Position numbers and translations under genes: made by a program
In this document: piece after piece, positions 37,458-45,352 of the stretch
How positions within the stretch are numbered: position 1 is the first letter of the stretch
Layout: every line of letters begins with the position of its first letter
Notes under the pieces: generated by a model
Seen by the model: only the letters and a program-made list of their open reading frames with translations
Databases searched by the model: none
Told to the model about the DNA's origin: nothing
Virus record (IMG/VR): IMGVR_UViG_3300047322_000607
Coordinates: 4,620-68,619 of that record
DNA from: a virus
Strand: one strand, 5' to 3'
DNA: 64,000 nt

Positions 37458-38525
37458 AAAAGGGGGAGAAGAAAACGGCTCTCTCCTACGCGATCGATTC
37501 GGCGCGCGCGGTCGGTCGGCTCGAGCAGGCGGCGAAGCGATTCACGTCGATCGACGCGGCGAAGGAGATGGCAGATCACAGCCGAGTAGGGGCAACGGAA
37601 GACCTGATTACCGCAGCGTTTCAGGTCGTGCATGCGGCGGAGAACGGCCACCGGAGGAGCCGGTGACCGGCGCCGGATCGGTCGAGCAGATCGCGAAGCT
37701 CTTCCGCAAGCAAATGCGCGGCCTCACCCTCGAGGCGGTCGCTCACCAGCTCGCCGGGATGTTCTTCGCCGTCTGCGATCAGGGCAACCTCGACCCGCGC
37801 GAGATCTACCAAGCGCAGCGGAAGAACCCGGCGCGGCGCGCGGCGAAGGTCGCGACCGTGCGCTGCGAGCATCGGGCGGCCGACCCTGCAGGGGTTGACC
37901 CGATCGAATGGCGCCCCCGGTGTCGCCGGCGGACGTCGAGCCCGTCGAGGCTTTGCCACTACCACGAGACCAAGATCGGCAAGCCGGGAAGCTACGGGAG
38001 GCGCCGGTGACCCTCGAGCAGGCGAAGGCGGAGCTCCGGCTACTCGCCGTGACCGGCGAGGCGCTCGACGGCTGCTTTTGCAGCCGAGAGACGATCCCGC
38101 TCGTCCGGGTGGTGATCGCCAGCGACTGCAAGCGCCACGGCGCCGCGACCGAGATCTACCAGAGCACGCGCGACGACCTGGTGCGGCGCGCCGGCGATCC
38201 GACCCCACCGGTCACAGGGATCGGAACGGAATGGATGCGCGCGCCGGCCGTCGAGCGGGTGCCATGGAAGCGCCCCGACGTGGTTGTCGCGCTCGACCCG
38301 CGCCGGAAGGACGGTTGACCGATGGGCGCTCTCTGCTGCAGCGGCCTGCACTACCACCTCGACGAGCGCAGTCGCCGGCGCTGCTGCAACGGCGAGCGGA
38401 TCGTCGCGGTCGAGGGTACACACATTCGCTATTTCGAGCCCGCAGGATCGGGCCCGACTTCGACACGTTGGCGGCTCCCGTCGACGGAGAAAGGACGGAA
38501 ACACGATGGCACAACGGAAGAATGA
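37454..38525 (+). CDS. Four small coupled hypothetical genes (37454-37666, 37663-38010, 38007-38318, 38322-38525)
   Basis: ATGA/GTGA overlaps. Several are Cys-rich. Confidence 0.5.
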
Positions 38526-39771
38526 GGCGCCCCGGGTCTTTTGGGACGTCGCCCACCAGGTCGGCGCGCTGAAGGGCGGCCTCCTCGGATTCAACAAGAG
38601 CGGGAAGACGGTGACGGGGAGTCTCCTCGCCTGTGCGGCGCGGGAGGTGCTCGGTCTGAAGGGCCCGATCGGCTTCTATGACACCGAAACCGGCTCGATG
38701 TACGTCCGCGATCTGATCCTGAAGCTGACCGGCCTCGAGCCGCTGATCAAGCGGAGCCGGTCGTTCGAAGACCTGCTCCGCTGGGGTCACCAGTGCGTCG
38801 AGGAGGGCGCGGCGGCCGGGATCTGCGACAGCATCACGCACCCGTGGCGCGAGCTCTGCGACTCCTACTTGACCGAGCTGAACGCGGCGCGCGCGGTGCG
38901 GCGCTGGTCGCAGCAGAAGAAGCTCGAGTTTCAGGACTGGAACGTGATCAAACCGAAGTGGGGCCAGTGGACGGATTTCTATCTCAACTCCCCGATCTCG
39001 ATCGTGATCTGCGGTCGCGCCGGCTGGGAGTACGAGATGACCAAGAACGAAGAGACCGAAAAGAAGGAGCTCAACAAGGTCGGGATCAAGATGAAGACGG
39101 AGGGGGAATTCGGTTTCGAGCCGTCGCTGCTGATCCAGATGGAAGCCGAGCAGGAGCTGAAGCAGGGGTCTCCGGTCCCGACGATCATCCGCCGCGCGAC
39201 CGTGCTCGGCGATCGCTTTTCGGTGATCGATGGCCAGTCGACGACCTTCGCTTCGTTCAACTCGCAGAAGATGGCCGAGGTCAAGCAGGCCTACAAGGCG
39301 GTGCTCGACTTCTTCCGTCCGCACCTGTCGCTCCTGGTGAGCGGCGCGCACCCGACCGTCGACCTCACCAGCAAAACGGAATTCGGCCTCGGCGAGGACG
39401 GCTCGACTAGCTGGCAAGAGGAGAAGCGCCAGCGGGTGATCCTGTGCGAAGAGATTCAAGGGCTCTTTGTCTCGCACATCCCCGGGCAAGCGGCGGCCGA
39501 CAAGAAGAAAAAGGCCGACCTCCTCGAGGAGTTCTTTCGCACCCGGTCGTGGACCGCGGTCGAGGGGTTGCGCTCGAGCGTCCTTCGCGATGGCCTGCTG
39601 AAGCTGCGCGGCAAGCTCGCCCCCGGATCGGTCCCGGCCCAGGCGGCGCAACCCCAGGATCCGGACGTCGACTTCGGAGACCCGGCGGCGAAGAACGCGC
39701 CGGATAGCACGAGCCTTACCGACCAGCCTCCGCCGGAAGAGCCGGCCGGCGAAGGCGAAGCGCAGGCGTAG
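38506..39771 (+). CDS. AAA_24 / Sak4-like recombination ATPase
   Basis: GFNKSGKT, YDTETGS, ICDSITHPW, DW.VIK, FGFEP. Confidence 0.8.
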   Translation: MAQRKNEAPRVFWDVAHQVGALKGGLLGFNKSGKTVTGSLLACAAREVLGLKGPIGFYDTETGSMYVRDLILKLTGLEPLIKRSRSFEDLLRWGHQCVEEGAAAGICDSITHPWRELCDSYLTELNAARAVRRWSQQKKLEFQDWNVIKPKWGQWTDFYLNSPISIVICGRAGWEYEMTKNEETEKKELNKVGIKMKTEGEFGFEPSLLIQMEAEQELKQGSPVPTIIRRATVLGDRFSVIDGQSTTFASFNSQKMAEVKQAYKAVLDFFRPHLSLLVSGAHPTVDLTSKTEFGLGEDGSTSWQEEKRQRVILCEEIQGLFVSHIPGQAAADKKKKADLLEEFFRTRSWTAVEGLRSSVLRDGLLKLRGKLAPGSVPAQAAQPQDPDVDFGDPAAKNAPDSTSLTDQPPPEEPAGEGEAQA

Positions 39772-39775
39772 AGGT

Positions 39776-39900
39776 TTGGAAGCGGGGCGCGGCGCGCCCG
39801 GGGCGTGATGGGGAAGACTGCAAGGCGCCGATCGCGCAATTTTGCGGGACGGTAGAGCCGACGATTCTCGAGTACGACGCGCCCCCGCTTCCGATTTTTT
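39776..39900 (+). ncRNA. Candidate structured RNA or terminator-like element
   Basis: 39778-39791 pairs with 39878-39892 (one bulge), inner hairpins, then T6. Confidence 0.4.
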
Positions 39901-39901
39901 G

Positions 39902-40135
39902 ATGGCGATCCGGTTTCCATACGAGGAGCTCGGCGCGGCCGACCGCTACGGCGGCTATCCCCGGCGGCGGCGCGCACGGCTCCCCTTCCTGCTGCTCGGC
40001 GCGCTGGCGCTGGTGGCGATCGCATGTGGGGTTTTTCAATGGGAGAGAGCAAGATCGAATGGTGCGACTGTGTGTGGAACCCGACGCGCGGGTGCTCCCT
40101 GGTCTCGCCCGGCTGCACCAACTGCTACGCGATGA
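39902..40135 (+). CDS. Possible small membrane protein
   Basis: RRRRAR followed by a hydrophobic stretch, but it overlaps the next gene by about 100 nt. Confidence 0.3.
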   Translation: MAIRFPYEELGAADRYGGYPRRRRARLPFLLLGALALVAIACGVFQWERARSNGATVCGTRRAGAPWSRPAAPTATR

Positions 40136-41091
40136 AGCAGGCGCATCGCTTCTCCGGCCCGGGGCGCGCCTACGAGGGGTTGACCAGGTTGCGCGACAAG
40201 GGCGGCCCGGTCTGGACCGGGAAGATCGTGCTCGTCCCGGAGGCGCTCGTCGCGCCGCTGACCTGGCGCCGGCCGTCGAGGGTCTTCGTCAATTCGATGT
40301 CCGACCTCTTCCACGAGGGTCTGACCAACGAGCAGATCGCGGCGGTCTTCGGTGTGATGGCTGCTTGCCCGAAACACACCTTCCAAGTGCTCACCAAACG
40401 CGCCGATCGGATGCTGCGTTGGTTCGATTGGGTCGCACGGCAAACGCCGGATCCGTGGACGCATTGTCACTCCGAAGCGCTGGCGCGCGACAACGAGGAA
40501 GCGATCATCCACACCCATAGCAACGAAGTGATCGGGCGCCCGTGGCCTCTCCCGAACGTCTGGATCGGGGTCTCGGTCGAGGATCAACCGCGCGCCGAGG
40601 AGCGGATCCCGCTCCTGCTGAACGTCCCGGCGATGGTGCGCTTCCTCTCGATCGAGCCGCTGCTCGGTCCGGTCGACCTGCGGAAGTGGTTTCGCCTCTC
40701 CCGGTTCAAGCAGGATTACGACGCGCTGATCGGGAAGACCCCGGGCGGCGAGCAAGGGATCCCCGACCATCTACGATGGAACGGAGTGCTCCCCCAGTCG
40801 CTGCACTGGGCGATCGTCGGCGGCGAGAGCGGCAACGGGGCGCGCTCCTGCGAAATCGGATGGATCCGGGAAGTGGTGAGGGTGGCGAAGATCTGCGGTG
40901 TCCCGGTCTTCGTGAAGCAGTTGGGAGCATGGCCCGAAGAGCACATTCGCCCGACCGGGGCGTCCGACGATGGCGGCGACATGATCCCCCTTCGCCTCGA
41001 GAGCAAGAAGGGCGGCGACCCGGCGGAGTGGCCGGAGGATCTGCGGGTGCGGGAATTCCCGTTCCCCTATACCGCGAGCTCGGCGAGCTGA
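40039..41091 (+). CDS. DUF5131 (phage gp37/gp68) radical-SAM-like protein
   Basis: SKIEW..WNPTRGC..VSPGCTNCYA, FVNSMSDLFH, HTFQVLTKR, RFLSIEPLL, WAIVGGESG, FVKQLG. Confidence 0.9.
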   Translation: MGESKIEWCDCVWNPTRGCSLVSPGCTNCYAMKQAHRFSGPGRAYEGLTRLRDKGGPVWTGKIVLVPEALVAPLTWRRPSRVFVNSMSDLFHEGLTNEQIAAVFGVMAACPKHTFQVLTKRADRMLRWFDWVARQTPDPWTHCHSEALARDNEEAIIHTHSNEVIGRPWPLPNVWIGVSVEDQPRAEERIPLLLNVPAMVRFLSIEPLLGPVDLRKWFRLSRFKQDYDALIGKTPGGEQGIPDHLRWNGVLPQSLHWAIVGGESGNGARSCEIGWIREVVRVAKICGVPVFVKQLGAWPEEHIRPTGASDDGGDMIPLRLESKKGGDPAEWPEDLRVREFPFPYTASSAS

Positions 41092-41829
41092 TGGCCGGCC
41101 GGTGTACCACGCACGGTTGCGGCCGCTTGCTGCGCGAGGACGGGACTTGTCCCAACCTGTGCGATCGCTTCCGCGGCGGCTGGCGCAAGCGCGCCACGGT
41201 GAAGGCGCAACCGCTCGACGTCGCGATCGGGATCAATCCCCGTGACCTCCCGGCGCTCGACGAGCAGGGCGCCGAGCTCCGCGCCAAGCAGTCGGCGCGC
41301 GCGCGGCGCGGCTGGCGCACGAGGTCGCGGTGAGCGCCTGCGGCTGCACTCCAATCGCGCCGAGCGGCTACACGATCAACCCCGATTGCCTGAAGCACGG
41401 CGATCGCCGGCGCAACGCGACGCACTTCCGGTGCATCTGCCCCGACTACCTGAACGCCTTCACCTATTGCCCAGTCGCGGCGGAGAACGCCGAGCGTGGG
41501 ATCGAAGGGTGCCTTCCGCGCTTCATACCGAAGGCCCCCAAGAAGGCGCCCGTCGAGGGCGAGCCGGTCGAGGCGCCGAAGCCGAAGAAGCCCCGGAGGA
41601 GAGCATGAGCGTCGACCTCGACGACGTCGCCGACCTGGTCGCCGCGACCGGCGCCGCGCTGCGGCTCGCCGAGCAGATCCACGATGAATCTCGGAGCGAA
41701 AACAGCAAAGCCGCGGTGAAGGCGGCGATCATCCTCGCCGGCGCCGCGGTCAAGCTGGCGGCCTCGGAGCGCCACCGGCTGGCGCTCGAGCTCGGTCGCG
41801 AGAAGCGCAAAGGGAACGGGTCACCATGA
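41091..41829 (+). CDS. Three small coupled genes (41091-41333, 41330-41608, 41605-41829)
   Basis: Start/stop overlaps. The first two are Cys-rich. Confidence 0.5.
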
Positions 41830-42044
41830 GCCGGAAGAAGATCAGCACGACGGTTTACATCACCCCCGAGCAGGACATCCGGTTGAAAGAGCTACACGAC
41901 CGGACGAAGGTCCCGGTCGCCGAGTACATCCGGCAAGGGATCGACCTGGTGCTCCGGCACTACCAGGAGAAGCTACCCGGCCAGCGCCGGCTATTCGACG
42001 CCGGGACCGACCCGCTACCCCGCGGCGATGGCGAGGAGCGCTAG
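41826..42044 (+). CDS. Ribbon-helix-helix DNA-binding protein
   Basis: KISTTVYITPEQ..LKEL..RTKVPVAEYIRQGIDLVL, an RHH_3-type pattern. Confidence 0.85.
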   Translation: MSRKKISTTVYITPEQDIRLKELHDRTKVPVAEYIRQGIDLVLRHYQEKLPGQRRLFDAGTDPLPRGDGEER

Positions 42045-42299
42045 ATGCTGACCGCTCACGAGGAAGCGCTACACGAGCTGTGGAAGTCTCTCGCGACCGA
42101 TGGCGCCAACGAGGCGAGCCTCGAGGTCGCGCGCGCGGTGATCGAGGGCTACCGGAAAGCCGGCTTCATTACCGACATCGCGGCGAAGGTCTGGAGCTCC
42201 GCGATCGAGAAGTGTCCCGGTCACAACTGCTCGGCGATCTGGTGTGCCTACTGCGGCGATCTCCCGATGGACGAAGACGATCCGCGGAGGGACCCATGA
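42045..42299 (+). CDS. Hypothetical protein
   Basis: GAGGAG RBS, CPGH..WCAYCG. Confidence 0.55.
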   Translation: MLTAHEEALHELWKSLATDGANEASLEVARAVIEGYRKAGFITDIAAKVWSSAIEKCPGHNCSAIWCAYCGDLPMDEDDPRRDP

Positions 42300-42784
42300 G
42301 GCGCGTTCGCCTGCGATCGATGTCGAAGAAGCGCGCGGCGGCGCTGAAGGCTCGTCGCGCTCCGGTCGAGGTCAACATCGGGATCCCGGAGAACCTCACG
42401 ATCAAGCAGGCGGTCGAGGCCTTCCGGCGGGTCGAGGTGTCCACCGCGCGCCGCGCCGGGACCGCGCCGGCGAAGACCCTCCCGATGATCTCGAAGACCC
42501 TCCGGGTGCACTGGCGCACCCAACTTTGCGCGCACTGCGGGAAGGCACCGGCGATCGAGCCGCAGCACTTCCCCACCACCGGATCGAACGGGGTCGAGAT
42601 CGATCTGCTCTCCTACCCGACCTGTCGGAAGTGTCACATCCGGTGCGACATGGCGGAGCGGAACGGCGGCTTCACCCGGGCGGACAAGGCGCTCGCCTTC
42701 CATAGTGCGTGGGAGGCGCTCGCGCGCCGCTATCCGACCGTGCTCCGGCTGGTGCTCGCCGAGCTCGCCGAGTCGGGCCGATGA
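42296..42784 (+). CDS. HNH-like / DUF968-like Zn-binding protein
   Basis: CAHCG..EPQH..PTCRKCH..D. Confidence 0.6.
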   Translation: MRRVRLRSMSKKRAAALKARRAPVEVNIGIPENLTIKQAVEAFRRVEVSTARRAGTAPAKTLPMISKTLRVHWRTQLCAHCGKAPAIEPQHFPTTGSNGVEIDLLSYPTCRKCHIRCDMAERNGGFTRADKALAFHSAWEALARRYPTVLRLVLAELAESGR

Positions 42785-42818
42785 TTACTTGCGCAACCGC
42801 ACCCGGGAGTGGTAGATC
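42785..42818 (+). promoter_or_regulatory. Conserved phage promoter box, copy 4
   Basis: TTACTTGCGC-AACC-GCACC-N8-GTAGATC, 8 nt before ATG 42827. Confidence 0.65.
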
Positions 42819-42826
42819 GGTCGTGC

Positions 42827-43156
42827 ATGATCAAGCCGACAAAGCCGGAGCTCCGAAAGCTGGTGAAGCGCCACAAGGGCAACACCGCGGCGGCGGCGCG
42901 CGAGCTGGGGATCACCCGGCAGGGTCTCGGCTACCACCTGAAGCAGGCCGGTCTCGCCGATCTCTTGACCGAGAAGCGCGACGAGCGGCGGCCGACAAAG
43001 GCGCAAGTGCTCGAGGCGCTCGCCGCGACGGCCTCCTACGCGCAGGCCTTCAAGCGGCTGAAGATGAAACGGCGGACCTTCTACAGCCTGGTCGCCGAGT
43101 ACAAGATCACGGTCGCGTCGGTCGAGAAGCTCCGCGCGAAGTCTCCCCGCCAATAA
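42827..43156 (+). CDS. Tandem Fis-type HTH protein
   Basis: HKGNTAAAARELGITRQGLGYHL and ASYAQAFKRLKMKRRTFYSLV. Confidence 0.75.
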   Translation: MIKPTKPELRKLVKRHKGNTAAAARELGITRQGLGYHLKQAGLADLLTEKRDERRPTKAQVLEALAATASYAQAFKRLKMKRRTFYSLVAEYKITVASVEKLRAKSPRQ

Positions 43157-43190
43157 TTACTTGCGCTCCGGCACCTGCCCCGCGTAGGGT
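43157..43190 (+). promoter_or_regulatory. Conserved phage promoter box, copy 5
   Basis: TTACTTGCGC-TCCG-GCACC-N8-GTAGGGT, 6 nt before TTG 43197. Confidence 0.65.
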
Positions 43191-43196
43191 GGGCGC

Positions 43197-43430
43197 TTGA
43201 ACTTCCCGATCAAGATCTGTTGCCCGTACTGCGGGATGGTCACGGCCTGCGACGTCGAGGCGCCGCGCGCAGTGGTCGCTCGGAAGACCGACCACCGATC
43301 GCGGCGGATGAAGTGCTGGTCGTGCGGCGCGCACCTGGTCGTGAAGATCACGGTCCGGCGCGCCGGGAAGGCGCCGCGGCGGTTCGTCTCGACCCGGCAG
43401 CGCGAGTTACCGATGAAGGCCCAGCCATGA
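43197..43430 (+). CDS. Zn-ribbon protein
   Basis: CPYCG..CWSCG. Confidence 0.6.
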   Translation: MNFPIKICCPYCGMVTACDVEAPRAVVARKTDHRSRRMKCWSCGAHLVVKITVRRAGKAPRRFVSTRQRELPMKAQP

Positions 43431-43458
43431 GCGACGGGCCCGAAGGAGGACAGATCAC

Positions 43459-43694
43459 GACGATCGCGGCGTGGCCAGATGACACGCGCCCGGCGAGCAA
43501 GGGATCAGGCGTGGGGGGTCAACCGAGCTCCCCCGTGGATAGTAGCGGCCTTGCCGCGAGCACTACGAGATCCCCGGGTATGGTCGACATCATGCGCGAG
43601 GCGCGCGGCTTTTCCGACGACGGGAGCGCGTCACCGAGGATACAGCTTGCCGGAGAATCGGGTGCTACAGCCGGGGTAGGACCGGCCGATCGTC
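43459..43694 (+). ncRNA. Candidate multi-branched ncRNA
   Basis: Closing helix 43459-66/43687-94, helix 43490-98/43645-53, helix 43501-06/43569-74, several further hairpins. Confidence 0.5.
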
Positions 43695-43759
43695 AGCTTT
43701 TCACCGAGCGGGAACGGCTGATCGCCGTGCTCCGCACCAAACACCAGGAGGGATCGGAC

Positions 43760-44083
43760 ATGGCCAAAGGGAAGAAGAAGCGCGGATCGTCGAAGCAGAC
43801 TCGGATCCCCGGGACCGAGCGCAAAGACGTCAACAAGGAGATCGAGAAGCTCGCCGCGAAGTACGTCGAGATCCGGGACGAGCGGATGAACCTCACCGAG
43901 CACGAGGTCGTCGCGAAGGCGGCGCTCGTCGCGGCGATGGACGCCAACAAGTTGACCACCTACCGGTGCGACGACAACGATCTCGCCGTCGAGGTGATCG
44001 ACGTCCACAACGTGAAGGTGCGCAAGGTCCCCCAGGTCGACGGCGATGCCGGCGAGGACGAGAGCGACGAGGCCGGAGCGTAG
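43760..44083 (+). CDS. Hypothetical protein
   Basis: AGGAGG RBS before MAKGKKKR. Confidence 0.7.
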   Translation: MAKGKKKRGSSKQTRIPGTERKDVNKEIEKLAAKYVEIRDERMNLTEHEVVAKAALVAAMDANKLTTYRCDDNDLAVEVIDVHNVKVRKVPQVDGDAGEDESDEAGA

Positions 44084-44095
44084 GAGGGTCCCCCA

Positions 44096-44762
44096 GTGAA
44101 GCCGCACCGAATCGAGGTGATCGACATGACCGAGCGGACCCGGAGCGAACAGGCGGCGGAGTTTCGCGTGCGCCTGCAGGAGCTCGAGCAGGAGGTCGCC
44201 ACGGTGCGCGCGGCCTGGCATGCGGCCCCGGCCGGTCCCGGGAAGGACGCCGCAGGCGCTCGGCTCGACCTGTTGAGTCCCTACGTTGCCGCCCAGCGGG
44301 CCCAGCTGGGGCTACTGGAGCGCGCCGCGGCGCTCGAGGCGCACGACGCCGAGAAGACCGCCGACCCCGCGCCGGCCGGCGCCGAGGAGGCGACCCGCGC
44401 CTACCTCGAGCTGAAGGCCGAACGTTGGCCCGAAGGATGACTTCGCGGGAGGTGCGGCCATGCGGGAGCCGGTGAAAGACCGGCAGGCGCCGGCGGTCCC
44501 CATGACGCCGGCGCTCGTTTCTTCCCTCCGGCGGATCCGTCACGCCTTCGTCCGGATCGGGTGTGACGAGCCCTACCAGACCCCCACCTATCGGCACGCC
44601 TACGGCTGCAAGAGCTGGTGCGAATGGTGGGAGACCTATCACGACCTGGTCGCACCCGAGATCGCCCGGCTGCTCGAGGAGGTCACGGCGGCCGCGAAGC
44701 CGTGCGCGTTGTGCATCGCCGAGGCGGCCGCCGAGGGCGACGATCTTCGAACGTTCCCCTAA
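44096..44762 (+). CDS. Two hypothetical genes (44096-44440, 44460-44762)
   Basis: A GGAGG RBS before each. Confidence 0.55.
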
Positions 44763-44803
44763 CCCCCCACCACCGGCACAGGTCTAGCAGGAGCATCGAC
44801 CCC

Positions 44804-45130
44804 ATGACCACCAAGACCGTATCCCCGATCCGACCGCCCGGGACCCCGCTACAACGCGCCACGGCCGAAGCGGAAGCCGAGGACGACGAGGACACCCCGG
44901 ACGGCCCGGGACCGCTCGAGAAGGCCATCGCGCGCGCCGAGCGCACGGTGATCACCGTCTACCTGAAGAAGAACGGCGGCAACCTGAGCGCGACGGCTCG
45001 AGCGCTGCGCATCGGGCGCCGGACCCTCGACCTCAAGATCGACGCGCTCGGCTTGCGCGAAGAGGCCTCGCAGATGCGCGCCGAGAGCGGCGCCAAGGGT
45101 CGGCGCGCCAGCACCGACCACGCCGGTTGA
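44804..45130 (+). CDS. Stand-alone Fis / bEBP-type HTH protein
   Basis: LEKAIARAERTVITVYLKKNGGNLSATARALRIGRRTLDLKI, like the C-terminal HTH of NtrC-family activators. Confidence 0.8.
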   Translation: MTTKTVSPIRPPGTPLQRATAEAEAEDDEDTPDGPGPLEKAIARAERTVITVYLKKNGGNLSATARALRIGRRTLDLKIDALGLREEASQMRAESGAKGRRASTDHAG

Positions 45131-45323
45131 TAGCGCAAGTTACTGCGCAACTATTGCGACCCCCGAAAAAAGATTGCGTAGCAGCATAACCCCGCAGCAG
45201 CTGCGCACATAACCGCGCTACTCCCCGAAACACCCCCCGATCGCTCTGCAATCTTTGCGAGGCTGCACCTCTCGACCGCTCGCCGATCCCCGCGCGCGGC
45301 GTAGCGCCGAAAGCTGCGCAATT

Positions 45324-45339
45324 AGGCACGCCGACTGCA
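45324..45339 (+). promoter_or_regulatory. sigma54 (-24/-12) promoter
   Basis: AGGCACG-CCGA-CTGCA, with GG at 45325-26 and GC at 45337-38 in exact spacing. Intergenic. Confidence 0.65.
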
Positions 45340-45352
45340 GAGACCCCGGAGC

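Noticed and set aside
41826-42044. Identification as the c-di-GMP-binding protein CdbA
   Set aside because: It lacks the KQSLYFP / RQDRS pattern I recall for CdbA, so it is a different RHH family.
43427-43759. N-terminal extension of the 43760 gene, and an RNase P-like look of the region
   Set aside because: A strong RBS at 43760 and atypical codons argue against coding. The RNase P GAGGAAAGUCC motif is absent.
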